Assembly (NCBI GenBank): GCA_040954595.2
Contig: CM082588.2
Span: 1,293,935 to 1,357,934 of the forward strand
Reading direction: 5' to 3'
Length of the DNA stretch: 64,000 nucleotides
Source of the DNA: Balanoglossus misakiensis
Taxonomy: Eukaryota; Animalia; Hemichordata
The notes under the pieces were generated by a model. That model did no database searches. It saw nothing but the letters and a program-made list of their open reading frames with translations, and was not told the DNA's origin. Below are positions 49,089 through 63,013 of the stretch, piece by piece (positions within the stretch are counted from its first letter, which is position 1; the number at the start of each line of letters is the position of its first letter). The translations under genes and the position numbers were made by a program.

Positions 49089-51229
49089 TTGGACTAAATC
49101 TCCCCCCTTGCCAGGTGCACTTCCCAGAGGCGTTCAGCTCTTGGTCACCATTGGTCGGAAATATTTTTCACATTTCTGTTTTGCGTTTTATTCTATTTCT
49201 ACATATCAGCATCACATTGTCCTTGTGCTTATATCAGAATATCATCTGATTCTTGTTTGATAATGAAAATAATTCTGGCCAATGGGGAAGGCATGGGTCT
49301 CCCAAAGCTATATGAGAGTTACATTTCATTAACCAACATTCCTAAGTGACCGACATTAACAATATGGTTTCCAGTGCACATGTCTAATATGGTGTTTCAC
49401 TCATTTACACTAAATCTATATGTATTGGTAGATCTCAAAGTACTGCATGTTTGTAGACTGTGATTGCCAGGTGTAATTCAGGTTTCCCCAGTCAGTATAT
49501 TCCACTGTTTCCAAGGAGACCAACAACCAAAACATTTCCTATTTGGCATTGTGTGTAAAAACTATTGGATATAGTATTTTCACCAAGTAATATTGGTATT
49601 GATGAAAAAGGGCTCTCCAGTATGCTCATGCTGTGTAACCATACTTGGTGTGGTGCAACCAAGAAAAGAAAAGTTGAGTTTATTTATCTGAAAGTTCATT
49701 CATTTCTTGAAGAAATGTAAAAGAGAATAGATATATGAGTGACTTACTTATCCTGTTTATTCTATTTCATTCACCAAAAAAGGTATCCTGTGCATTATTT
49801 TCATATTTTTTTTTTCTGTTTTAAAAGCAAGTGATTTATGTGCCTTTATTCTGAAAATATGGATAAGATACCGAAGGGGTGAGAAATAAAATGTTGTACT
49901 GAAGTTAAAAATTGTCAATGTAACAGTTAACACAAGTTGGAATGCAATGTATGGAAAAAGTTTTTGAATAATGTGCAATATTTGTTTGTCAAATAGCTTT
50001 GTAACATTCTTACATAGAAATATAACCTTATTTTCAAGCTCACCAAAACAAGAATTATTGTTTGCAAAATTCATGTTCAAGTCACACAAGTATTCCTATA
50101 GGGATGAGTGTATGTTTTTGCTAACTTTCCAGCACTTCAATCACCATGACAATGTTTGAAATTTCACTTCTTCATGATGTGTGGTCACAGTGTACAGTTT
50201 ATTCATATGGTGTCAAGTGTAGTGCTTGTAAAATCTCCAAATTTTTGAAATCAATTTTCCTGGTTAAGGAGTTTAACGAGTTTTACAGATATGAGACTGT
50301 CATGTTTGGTGAGATGGGAAATGGTGAATTTTGTACTAAAGTTTTATCAAATAGTCTGCTTTATATACAGAGGTCATACTTTTTTCATTAACTTGTACTT
50401 TTTAAGGTTTCAAGGAGTTTGATTGGGAAGGAAGGTCTTCAGATATTGAAATGGTAAATGGAGATGTCTTCCAGGGTTGGCTGTATGACTTTAAAGATAT
50501 TACGTTTCTTTTGGATAAATTTAGTTTTTTTACCAAATAAGAAAGGAACACATTGTTTTGTGGATTTTTTTCAGATGGATATTGGGCTTTGGGCCTGTGC
50601 ATTTATATGACATTTAACACACAAGCTGTTATACTTTTCAAATTGATTCAGGGTGTTATAATTCCTTCATATTTGACCTCTACCATGTGTCAAATATATT
50701 TCAATCACTTATGAAATTCAAACTTAGGTGTAGCTTGAGACGTCTGGTGTAAGAAGCAAATGTATCTAAAAACAGTGCCCACTTTAGCCTAGATGTGAAA
50801 AGTTTTTTTTTTTTATTGAATGCCATCATTGTATTTGGAGATCACAAAAAGAAAATATTTTATTTAAATAATTTCTATTGCTGAATAAATTGCGTCTATT
50901 GGTGAGAGATTATTTATTTCAGAAAAGTTATGTAGAGCTTTATGATTAAGTATGTTGGCCATTTTTTTTCTCAGATGCAGTATTTGGAGATTAGTATATC
51001 TTTACTCCAAATCATGTAAATGGGAGTGTATCAGCAAGTGGTATTTTGCTGTTTATGTGATGTTCTTTCAGAATGGATAATAAATGGTGAAAAAGATGGA
51101 AAACTACCAATCATTCTTCTCCATTGATTGACTTTGTGTGTTCACTGTGTCCAGATTTGCTCATTTTAGAAAGCACACGCCTTATGGCTCACACACTACG
51201 TTTATACAGTCACTCCTGATTCTTTTGTT

Positions 51230-51384
51230 TTTATTGGCTGACATGACCTCAGCAAACCTTTGACCTTATTCAACTACCCAGAGTGCACTTCGGACAACAA
51301 AGTGACGTCACATTCCGCCATTTTGTCAAACGTCCGGTGTTCACCAGCACGTTGGATTTGTAAACCGTGAAGGATTTCGTCGAG
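51230..51384 (+). promoter_or_regulatory. Putative HTATSF1 promoter and non-coding first exon
   Basis: ACTACCCAGAGTGCAC (ZNF143-like, ~51273), GTGACGTCAC (CRE, 51302-51311), CCGCCATTTT (YY1, ~51315), donor GAG|GTAAGA at 51384, candidate acceptor TTCTAG at ~52676. Confidence 0.6.
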
Positions 51385-51862
51385 GTAAGAGCGAGAGTAC
51401 GCTTGGAAGCATAGGCCAAGGATGTATACAGCAATGACCACTTGCGTTCTACACCTTACGAGGCAAATGTGACCCCGTAGTTCAAAACTGCGACTGTGTA
51501 CACACTGCTAAGTGTCTCCTCTGTCAGCCGGTTGCATGTTGCACGTGCATGCTGTGCTCAAGAATATGCGCCTGTCTTGTGGCGGTGGTGAACGGTGACA
51601 TCGATTGCACTTTCGTATTCCCCAAAACAGGAGGAGAATCCTCTTCTCTTTTAGTTTCCACAGGGAACAGAGAAATCCGATTTTGGTGTAGACTGTAGGG
51701 TCTGGGTATTGTCAATATCATATGGAATTGGACATCACAACAAGTTCTTGTTGTTTCTTGCACATCGAAGAAAGTCCGGTCAAAGCGCTAAATTCGCGCA
51801 GCACTCTCGCTGACTGTTCCTGCTCGAATGAGCTACTGAACTTGAACCTCCTTCTGAGGATT

Positions 51863-52033
51863 AGTAACTGAGGCGGTGATTGGGTTAAACAAGAGGGTAA
51901 ATGTGATTGGTCATTGGTGAAAATGCAACCTCGTCCTCAGCCAATCTAATCTAAGTAACTAAGGCAGTGATTGGGTAAAACAAGAGAGTAAAAGCGATTG
52001 GTTGAAATGCAACCTCGTCCTCAGCCAATCTAA
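51863..52033. repeat. Two-copy ~85-90-bp direct repeat rich in ATTGG/CCAAT
   Basis: AGTAACT.AGGC.GTGATTGGGT.AAACAAGAG...AATGCAACCTCGTCCTCAGCCAATCTAA occurs twice. Confidence 0.85.
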
Positions 52034-52065
52034 ACCCTGCTCAATGAGAGTATACCTTTCCAGCT

Positions 52066-52530
52066 TATTGTTGTAAATAACAAAAGAACACAATCGTTTT
52101 TAAAAATAAACTTGAAGAATTCCACAATTTTTTTCAATCACACTGTTGATTGTAAATAATTAAAGAACACATAGATGTTGCCTAATAAAATTGAAGAAAA
52201 ACTGATCTGTTGTGTCAAGAACATTGTCGATATTGTTAATAATTATAAAATAACACATAATAAAATTGAAGAATAAAACCTATGTCTTGGTAGTTCAATC
52301 ATGTTGACGTTGAAAATAAAAATAATAATAAACATGTCTTGAAGAACACAACCAATTTTTTAATTCAATCACATTGTTGACAAATAATATAACCATAACA
52401 TGTGTCTCATAACATTGAAGAAAACAGCCAATGTCTTTTATTTCAATCATGTTGATGTTGAATATAAAAGTAAGAAAACATGTCTAATGATATTGAAGAA
52501 CACAACATTGTTGATGTAAAAATGAAGATT
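52066..52530. repeat. AT-rich degenerate ~60-bp tandem repeat, about 7 copies
   Basis: Recurring TTCAATCA..TGTTGA..AAATAA..AACA..TTGAAGAA elements. Confidence 0.7.
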
Positions 52531-52779
52531 ATAACCAGACTTCCATAACTATGAAAATGAACTATGCCGAAGGGGTTGTCAGACCAGAGATAAAGGTGGT
52601 CACGTAATCAGAATGACTCAATTTTTTGCTTAGTGCACAATATTATTCTCACAACCTACACCATCTTACATTCTAGGTCAACAAATTATCCCTCAAAACT
52701 CAACTATCAGAATAAACTGAAGCATCAGGACAGAAGGGATTGGGATTGTTGAGGCCCATGTCGTGTAGAGTACATAACT

Positions 52780-54119
52780 ATGGACGACTTTGAAGAACAG
52801 CTGAAGCTTCAAAAGATAGCTGAAGCGAGAGAACAGTTACAACAAGAAGGTGATGATCCATACACATACACTGATTCAAATGATGGAACTGTCTATGAGT
52901 GGGATTCTGAAAAAAAGGCCTGGTTTCCAAAGGTAAGCACATGCAAAGAGTTTACAATTGTGCAAGTCTAAAATCTGTCCCCAAGGTATGTACGACCTTA
53001 ATGCATTGACATTTTTGGTTTGGCATTTCAGATCGATGAAGACTTCATCGCAAAGTACCAAGCCAGTTATGGAGCACACAGTCTCAGTACAGAAACAACA
53101 ACAGCAACCACTGCACCACAATCAAGTACGACATCAGCTGCAGCAAAGAGTGAAGCAACTGCCACGACTGCATCAAGCGAGAGCAGCTCACAACAACAAC
53201 CGAACAAAAGTCAGAAAAGAAAAGCAGATGATGGTGAGTAACCATGACATTTTTGGCCAGATTATATTTGCTAGTTTGTTTTTTGGCGAATTTGTTTTAG
53301 GCTGAACTGACTGAATCATTTTTACACCCTGAATACAGGTTGGTTTGAAATGGAAGACAGCAAGAATAAGAACGTCTATGTGTCGGGACTTCCAGAAGAT
53401 ATTCTGCCGGAAGAGTTTCAGGAAATGATGTCAAAATGTGGGATAATTATGGAGGATGAAACGACAGGGGAACCCAAGATCAAACTTTACACAGATGATC
53501 AGGGCAATAGAAAAGGGGATGGAAGGTGTTGCTACCTCAAGGTAATTATTGTGAATGAATAGTGGCCAGAAATGGTGGACAAGACTTGAGGAGGACTTGT
53601 TAAAACAACTTTTGATTGTCTTATGTACAAATACAATGCACATTCACAAAATTCACTGTATTGAAAGACTCCCATTTCTTCTTCATCCCTATCTTCACAG
53701 AGAGAGTCAGTAGAGTTGGCTCTGCATATATTAGACGGTTCTGATTTCCGAGGGCACAAAGTCCATGTGGAGTTAGCCAAATTCACACCGAAGGGAAACT
53801 ATGACCCAGCGCTGAAAAAGAAGAAGAAAAAGAAGAAAAAGAAACATGTACAAGAAAAGTTAGTTTCATTTCATCATGCTCATAAGATCACTTCAGAAAC
53901 CATTTCTGTAGTCCTCAAAATACGTGTATGTTGCATAAGAATCCATTAGTACTAACTACTAGTTTATAATAAGTGACTTATATTGATAATATTCGCCTTG
54001 TTTCTTTGTGCAGGTTATTGGAGTGGAGGCCAGAAAGGAGCAAACTCATGGGCAGTGCCAGGTTACGTCATGAAAGTGTCATCATTCTCAAGAATATGTT
54101 TGATCCAAAAGAGTTTGAG
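52780..54119 (+). CDS. HTATSF1: HIV Tat-specific factor 1 (Tat-SF1/Cus2) homologue, 5' part only
   Basis: Exons 52780-52932, 53032-53233, 53339-53541, 53701-53858, 54014-54119. YEWDSEKKAWFPKIDEDFIAKYQASYG, RRM1 NVYVSGLP..KGDGRCCYLKRESVELAL, start of the UHM VIILKNMFDPKEFE. The rest was not found in the window. Confidence 0.93.
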
Positions 54120-56931
54120 GTAAGTAATATGCATCTTCAGTTAATTGGACAAGGTATAAAATCTCTGGAGACCAGCTGAAAACAGAATATGCACATTGTA
54201 TACTTGTTGAGGGCAGCATACAATACGATATACCAAGGGGAACCTCGGCAAAATGGCTGGGGAACCTTGTAATCTTAAGCTGTGTGCTGCCCTCAACAAA
54301 AATAATGCTCCTATATAGTGTAGATCAAGTGTAGTTAGGCAACTAGTATCCATGGTTCTGAGTCAATGGTAATATGTTCAGTTAGGCAGTGATTACGATT
54401 AGAGGAAAGCGGTGTCCGTGGGGTTAGGCAAATTATCGTGATTTGAGCGTATCTTTCACTGAGTGAAAACTGATTCAGATCATTCAGTGAAGGAAATGAA
54501 AAAACGATGCAAAAAACCCCAGATAACTCACAGCGTCAGCTGGAAAAATCACCACTCGCTGTTTGGCATGTTGATTTTATGCCTGAGATACAGCCATGCT
54601 GATTTACCTTTTACGAAGGGCAAGGTTATCTGGCAATACATGTATTGAAGTTGTTCATGCTTCATGTTTGTAGGCCATGCCATGGTTCTTGGGAGACTTC
54701 ATGTTTTGCTTTTTAAAATATTAAAGGTTAGCAACGAAACTGGCAAAAGACCGTAGCAACGCATTTTGAAAAACTACATGTACACATTCTTCTTTTTAAG
54801 GTTTCCTATACACTCTGTGGGCTCATGCAAGTATATTAGGTGTTCATGATCATTTGTAATGACTGATGATTAAGGAAACCTTATCTGACATCATGGGGTA
54901 AGATTTATTAGCTTCGTTTTGCAGCTAGGTGTTGCAAACAGAATAAAATGAAAAATAATCTGTTTACAGTGCATTTTCAAGGATGCGTTGAACACAGATG
55001 TTATATTGATGCTTTTCTGATGAGTGAAACTCGCTAAATTTTCAGTCACTGGAGTTCTGTGTATTTTTTGGGAGATTTGTGGTGCTATAAGGCCAAAGTA
55101 CATGCTGTATAACCTGGTAATAACTACGTATTCCCACCTTGTTAGCCAAAATGTGGAGTTATGAAAACTCATTTCAGCTGAATTTCAAAACCATGACATT
55201 AAAAGAACCTTGGCCTCGTTTGGCAGGCTTGGAAACCTTCAAGAGAAATGTTATCTAAGTTTTCAGAGGGCCACCCACAATATCTGTTGAATTTGGTACA
55301 AAGTGTCAATATCACTGACCAGCATGCTACTACCTCTTAAACACTTTCACGTGAAAAGCTAAGCGAGAAAAAAAACGTGTTCATTTCATTTCCAGTCAGC
55401 GTTTATTTCTCCAGATTCGAGCCATTCACCTTTATTTGTTTGGAGAGCAGGTTTATGGAGACCAGTGGTGTCCTCAGAACTGTAGTTTCTAAGTTAAGTT
55501 AGGTGTTTCGTTTCACGGCACGGCTATTGAAGAATGCCAGACGTTGCATTCCACAGGGTTGTAAAGGAAATATCAGTGTACGCACCTGTCATTGATCCGG
55601 AACATTTCATCAACAATATTCCCTGTTTATCCTTGTCTGTGGCATAGACACCGGGCCCCAAACAAGTAGGAATTAACAGTATCCCGGAATTATTCTTTCC
55701 AGATTGTGTCTATTTGAGCAACCCTATATCTCTTTTGACATCTGGTCTGCAGATTGGGTTGGAAACATATTTCTTTTTTTGTGTGTGTTAAATTTGGTTG
55801 GGGAGTTTGAGCGGGTCTCTGTGGTCCTTCAGTTGTGTCCAGCCTGCTTTTGATAACTGTCAGCTCATGTTTTGCCATCGATGGTGTAGTGCATGAGATG
55901 TAGTGGTGTTGCTAGCCACTTCAGATGAGTGATTCTAACCACTAAGGATTACTCCAGCATCTGGCATTCTCAGCTCTGCCTGAAAGCCTGTGTACTAGCA
56001 GTAGCAGACTTTGTACAGTCCTAGACAATCGTGGAAAGATTGGAAACCACTCCTGAAAAGTCCTTGAAAATCCCCAGGAAACAAATTCAGTCTTGTACTC
56101 CCAGAAAATCGATTTAGTCGCAATTATCACACTTAGCAATGGAAAATTGAAAAAAAAAAATGTTTTTAGTTATTTGCAGAATTTCCAGTTACAATCAGAT
56201 CTGGTGCACATAGTTAAAAGAGATATAGTCAGCTTTGTCAAATAAGCAAAATTCCTTTTCATGAAACGAGATTAACCATGCAATTGAATCAAGTCATGGC
56301 CATGGATTATTTTATCAGGCAGTCAGAAATATGAACATCCTGGAATAACAAATACCACTGCCACCTAATGGCTTAATAACTGTAAATAGTGACATTATCG
56401 ATAGCATGATAGTCAGACACGGTGGTGTCGAATGAGTGTGATCAGCTTGGAGGAGTGAAAGATAAAACCACAAAGCGAGAGAAATTCTATATCATTATTT
56501 GTTGCCCAATTAATTGAGTTTATAAGTTACCAAAGTCGACTAGACTGATCTTGGCACAAAGCTGCTCACTTCTCGCCTCGCTGCCCTCCATAATAAATAA
56601 ACACTTGAAGAAATAGATTCATAATATTTACAGTCGCAAGGGGTTGTCTGGTCCACTCTGTTTCATTCCGACTTCACACGTATCTTCTTGCAACATTGTT
56701 GCAGTGTGCTGCGCTGTTTTTTCAGGTCACCTGAAATATGCCGGTGAACCGAGTCGGTGAAATTTCTGTCAATATTGAAGACGTGTTTTTCCAGTGTTGG
56801 AAAATTAAAAAAAGTGTGTTTTCAGAAACTCAGAGAATTTCTATCAATTGATTTATCTGTGATTGATTACACAACTAGCTTGTTCATTGAAGTGTAGAGT
56901 GTGATGCTGTACCTCCGAGCTCATTTTCTTG

Positions 56932-56988
56932 TCCATCCATCCATCCATCCATCCATCCATCCATCCATCCATCCATCCATCCATCCAT
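56932..56988 (+). repeat. (CCAT)n microsatellite
   Basis: About 14 perfect units. Confidence 0.97.
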
Positions 56989-58052
56989 TTGTGGATTATA
57001 CCATGTTTCATCTAGACAGGGGATGGGGTGAGTCACCACCTGTTGACATGATGGCACCCCTACCAATTTGTCAAGGGACGACCAGCACCCCTTAAAATAA
57101 TGTCACTCAAAGATTGGAGATATTACAGTCCCCTTGCAAAGGAGAGGAACCATCCCCCATGTTGATGCCATCCTGGATAGAACGCTGATTATGTACACGA
57201 TTATCCACACACCACAAGTCTGTCCCTCAACCAATGATACATTCAAAGATCCTAAATCTTTTAATGAGACAATTGGTATTTGCCACAAAGTGAACTTTTC
57301 ACAGTGTATACTTTCACTAGTGCTGTCTGCCCATGAGGCAATTCTTAATTCAAAATTTCGCTTGGAATAATCTGCGACTATCTTCCCGTAAGATTGCCAT
57401 GAAATTTAACAAGCCTTTCTTGCACCCTGGGAAAAGATCAACAGAAATTGAGAAATTGGCTGCTCCAAGCTGACCCCACCTCCCTCTATTGTGACCCCCA
57501 CCTAGCTCTAAGTGCCCAAGACACTACACTAAACAAATACGATACAGTAATGTAGCCGGGCTTTCTGATAAAATCAGAATGTTCAGTGTATTAGGGGCCG
57601 AGTTAAAACAAGCATGGATGTAGCGCCGCCTGTTCCCCTCGGTAACGGCAATCCCAGGTATTCATAACAAGAATCTCCATTACCAAACACTGCTCAGGAA
57701 TCTCGCCGTGTGCTAAAGAGCCTTTTGATCGGGTTTGAAATTGTCCACAGCTTATTTATGTGATGAGAACTGACATGCGTACGCTGTATGATGGAGTTTG
57801 ACACACAGAAAGGAAATAGGATTTGAAAGAGGAGAAAAAGAAACATACTTCAGACCTATGTGCATATCAGGGATGTTCATGAACAGAAGCTGTTTCGTCT
57901 GACCGTGCATGCAGAAATTTTAATCCATGAGATCATTTTGCAATGACATAACTACCTGTGAGTGTATTCCATTCATGTCCAAAACACAAGTTATGACCCC
58001 CCCCCACCCCACCTCTCTGAGGTATTTGTCATGAACTTATTTTGCTTGTAGT

Positions 58053-58147
58053 TTAACACTTATCACCCCCAGTTCCCTCTTTAGAGGTCTAACCTTACCA
58101 TAGAAAACAATGGGTGGTTAGGCAGATCAGCACAGTCTAAAGGGTTA
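58053..58147 (-). mobile_element. piggyBac-type MITE (family A), inverted degenerate copy
   Basis: CACCCCCAGTTCCCTCTTTAGAGGTC..CCATAGAAAACAATGGG is the reverse complement of the core of 18130-18222 and 62921-63013. Confidence 0.75.
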
Positions 58148-60251
58148 TAGCTGGCAGTCCTGACCAGAGAGAACCACTGGTTTGCTGTGTTGGGGACAGC
58201 AGTTTGAGTTTCCATGGATGATTGACTGTAGTGTAAATTAAAACAAACTTGTAGAAGTATAACTCCAAAGTATCCCCTCAGGTTCTTCTCAATTACTTCG
58301 GAATGCAAGATAGCGGAGTCATGCCCTGTGTTTCTGCAGTCTCCCGTTTATTTGTCTGCCAGTTTTGTTTTGTCCACTCAGGGTAGTACAGACTGCCCTG
58401 ATAATCCCTGTCCATTTTGTCTGTGTTTACGATATCAGTACAGTTTTGCTGTGGCAGATTTCATCACTGCCTCGCTGCTAATTATCAGGTTTCTGTCCGC
58501 AGGAAGGGACAGTGTGGGGGTTTGGTTTCTGACGGCCTTTAATTGCTACACTGTGTCAGTTTTCTGACTGTTGTAGACATTTGCTTTGGGCAGCTTATAG
58601 TGTGGTCTTCGCAGGGATGGGGTGGGGTGGGGGGTTGTTGTTGTTAGGGGGAGGGGCTGATGATGTTGCCATGGATCTCCTCTATGTGGTCATCAGCAAA
58701 ACAATCAAATCACCAGTAATTGTTACCAGTGGGTGTGGAGGGTACACATTTGGTGGGAGGGGTTGTGTTACCACTACTGGTTGTAAATTTTCTACACCAG
58801 CGGAAAACGCTGACAGACAAGTGAATCCTTGCTGTTGTACCTGTGATTTACTGTGGCTATCAATTCTTTGAGGACATAGTATGACAAGTTGCTCATTCCA
58901 TAAGTGGATGTAAATCAATGTGAATTCTGATGTCAGTCAAGTATTCATTGAGCCAAATTTTCAGACTGCACACAGATAGCCCACAGTTTTTTTCTGATAC
59001 AGTCAAACCTGTCTATAGTGGCCAATCGAGGGACTTTCTTAAACTGAATTTTATAGACAGGTGGCCTTCATAGACAGGTAAAAAAAAATCCAGGAAAGTC
59101 CTGATTCCCTGTCCTGTCAGACTTGCCAAAAAGATGGTAATTAGCTGCTTCATCCATCTTTGAACTTTTCCATTAAGCAAGCACCATCCTGGTGTAACGT
59201 AATTACACGTATGACCATTCAGTTTTCTAATGTCTATTCTTCGTGTCTGAACTCAAATTATTATACTCAACGAAACTCCCCCAGTCAAGGTCATTGTCCG
59301 GCTCACATAGGTACACATGTTTCACTCACTGGGTACCCAGCATCTGTGGCCAGCAGACATTCCTCTCTGAAACCCAAGACACCCCCAAAAATAGGAAAAA
59401 CAATTAACTTTTAATATTCCTTGGCCATGTCTAATGCGTTAACAAGCTGTGTGCGCTGGACAAGTTGTCCGAAAAATGATTACACCGTCTGCTCTTGTCT
59501 CTGCCCGGTGCTTGAGTAGTCTCGACCCCTCCTCCAATCTGGGCTGAATTAACACAAACCATTTGACAAGATACATACCGTGTTGAGTTTCTGAAGTTTC
59601 AAGGACTTGAGTAAGCCCAGAGGGAAAGTTGTCAGTGGCCTGGTGTCTTTAATTGAAGGGTCTGGTATCTCTACCTGTGGAGGGCCAGCGTGGGTGTGTT
59701 GTGCCCCTCGAGGTATCCCCTGGCCCCACCAGGATGTATGTGTCACAGAGTCGTGTTGAATTGGAGAACGAAATAACAGGGAGGGGTTTTTTCAGGATTT
59801 GTTTTGTTCCAGCTAGCTTTGAGCTTGCTAATCTGTATGAGCTGTTGGACTCTCATCACATTTTTGGCCTCAAGTTATTCTGTGTGTGAGATTTGTGTGG
59901 AAGGATGTTATGTCGTTGACTGCCGAACCCTGTTGATGTGTAGTGTGATTGGTTGCATGGGTAGCGTGTGGTTTTGGATCAGCTTTTCATTACTTCTGCC
60001 ATACTCTACCACTACTGTACTACCATTACAACTACTATAGTTGCCATCACTTGTTTTTTGTAGTTGTTTATCTTGCAATGCTGACTGTGGTGTCTCTCTC
60101 TCATAGTCTTTCCAAGAATGATGCATCCATATTTCACCATCTACATTTCACCATCTACATAATGATTCATCTGTCTGTACTTTTGTCCATCCGTGTTTTC
60201 ACTTATCCCATGTCATTTCATCTGTCTGTCTGTCCATCCATATAGCCACCT

Positions 60252-60286
60252 ATCCATCCATCCATCCATCCATCCATCCATCCATC
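60252..60286 (+). repeat. (CCAT)n microsatellite
   Basis: About 8 units, preceded by degenerate CCAT/CTGT repeats. Confidence 0.93.
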
Positions 60287-62920
60287 GACTCACCAACCTT
60301 TGTAGACAAGGATAACCATGGAAAAGTTGGGCTTTCCATTACTTCATTTGATCAATTCATGCAGTTTTCCTTCGTGAAAGCTACTGGTAACCCAGTTTGT
60401 TGCAGTCAATTTCAGGAGTGATTACTGGGTCTACAAACAACCAACAAAGTCTTGCTGGGACAAGTGACACCCCACCAACATTGGAATGTACACACAAAAT
60501 TGGAGTTGCAAGTGTCTGTTTTCATGAATTCTCATCAGCTGTGGTCCTAGAGGCAGAGTGCTGTCCATTGCAATTTGGATAAATTAGGTGTGATGTATCA
60601 CTCAAAGTATAGTGTGATGAAGATGGTGTAAATTCTGTACCGGGCCCTTCTAATAATGTCAAGAGAGAGCAACTTTCTTCAGTCTTCTCTCTAAGTTCTC
60701 AAGAAAGCTAGATGGCAATTGTACGGAGTCAGTGAGCACGAGTATTGTCAAGTCCAAATATAAAGGTTAATTTGCAGGATTTTATGTCTGTAACCAATTG
60801 GTCCCAAAGAGCCTAGTTATTGATGAATGTGAACTCTCCGAGACCAATTATTTAATTGGTCAAAATGAAACCAGTTTGAATGGGTTCTGCTTGACCTTGG
60901 CAGTTGAATTAAGTTCCGTCTTTCTTATTATCGACCAATCATTGTCCAATAAAGTTGGACGGAATCTGAACAAGGAAGGTGGTCTCCGTCTCAGCTGGCT
61001 TCCGTCATCCGGAGAGACGGAGAGAAAGATCTGTTTTCATTCGACTGTCAAGTTGCAATTTTTAGAAACTCTGCCGTTGCGGTACTAACTAGTAGATGTA
61101 GTTCTGTGTTCCTGGTTCTGAGGTAGCATGTTACAGAGAATGTGAATCTGGGATGGAATGCATGGATTAGGTGTCTGCAGTGGTGAATGATAGCAGGATT
61201 GCTTGTATGCTCAGCTGTTCACTGATGTTTTTCGAAGGATAAAGCTTCTTCACTCTACACTTACACTTTTAAATCCCCTAATTTACTCAGAGTCTGAGGG
61301 GTTCTTCTTACAGAATTTATACACACTCTCGCAAACAAAAAAAACATGATGTACCAATATGTGTATTCAGATACATTTACTATGACAGATAGTCATATAC
61401 ACGTGTTCACATACATGGACACACACTCACACACACACACACATATGATCAAGAGCTTTATTTCTCCACCCCACGACGCTACACAAAAACCAACATGTAA
61501 CCTGCTGCTATCAAAAGCTGTGAGGTTTGTGCAGACGACACTTGTACACTTGTTTATCCTTAAGACAAGAGATCTGGCAAGAAAATAATGAAGATGGTTC
61601 TTTTCATATTTTGGGAAAGTTAAAAACAAAACATGCAACATTGTACATGTAGTAACCAACGGATGTGGTTTTTGAAAATCCGTAGTAAGAGTGTTTTTTT
61701 GAAAAGCCTTTAGGGGGTATTACAAGTAATTGCTTTGTAGAATAACTCAGTAGAGATAAACTTCCTCCTCTAATAAGCAGACATTTGACAAATGTAAAAC
61801 TGCAGTGTTTTCCTGCTTTCTGTTTCAACTTAAATGAGACTTAATGATCCAGAAGGCCATCCAATATTGCCAGGAATGCACAAATATGCATTTAATTCCC
61901 ACAAATTGAAGCTCTACGACTCGGCCAATTTGAGACCATTACTTTGCATGCTTGGTGGCAAATTTGATTAGAAGATCTCTTTAGTTTCAATTGAGTTTTT
62001 TCAATCTCTTCGCTGTTAGCACAGTGTATAGGGGAAGAGGGTTCTTTGATTGTCACCAGTAAACTTCACTCCAGATGGTCTGAATTTGGGAATTATGTGG
62101 GAATTTGGCCCGATGGAAGCGATCAATTTCATCAAAAATTAGGTTTCTTGTTTTTGGGGTTTCTGCTTACTGAAATCAAGAGTGGTGAATTTATAGATTG
62201 GGAGCAATCATCTTAGATGTGTGTTAACCGTTTACTTGCATTTTGTTTTGTGATGTGATCCAATATGGCTGGCCATATACCCAAACTTATATGAAGGGGG
62301 AAACCCCACTGCCCCTCTCCCGTCTTGAAAAGAAAGACAAGGGAGGAGATTAAACAGATTATGCAGGCTGTGAGGGCAGTGTTCCGAGCATCCAGTTTAA
62401 ACCCCCTGAACCCTCGTCCCCTCCCATCCCAACCTCAAACGTCCAATATTTGTGAATGTTACATATCTTGATCGAATCTCTGAAGCATGGTGTATAAACG
62501 CAGCCAATATTTGTACGATCAACATTGCATACAGAAGTTTTAATTTGAAAATGTTAACTAATTTTTGATGAGATTTATAGTGGAATAAGAAGCATGAATG
62601 CTTAATCAAATTAAACTGACTATTAAGGGGGGTCTAAATGATTGGCATCTGATAGCTTTAGCAAGCCAGAACTTTTGGGAGGTAATGGTGCTTTATCTAA
62701 AACGCCCCAAGTGAGCAAGTTCGACTTTATAAACATTACAGCTTACATACACAACAGTACAAGTGGTTTGAAATCTCAATTACATTGTTTTTGTTCCAAT
62801 CCATGTTAACTGTGTCTGAGCGAGCATGAAAAGTGACAGCTGTTTTTTTTTAGGTTTGCTAACACTGAAAAGATTGGGGCCAGAAAATCACACGTTTTCA
62901 GATTACCTGAGCAAATTATC

Positions 62921-63013
62921 TTAACCCTTTCACCACCATGGTTCAGTCCAAACTCATTGTTTTCTGTGGTATGATTGGACCTCTAAAGAGGGAACTGGGG
63001 GTGAAAGGGTTGA
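62921..63013 (+). mobile_element. piggyBac-type MITE (family A), best-preserved copy
   Basis: TTAACCCTTTCACC...GGTGAAAGGGTTGA inverted termini with the TTAA-CCCT signature. Confidence 0.8.

Noticed and set aside
56425-56520. ECDQLGGVK as the missing HTATSF1 UHM exon
   Set aside because: Flanked by stop codons, lacks the downstream UHM motifs and has no good acceptor.
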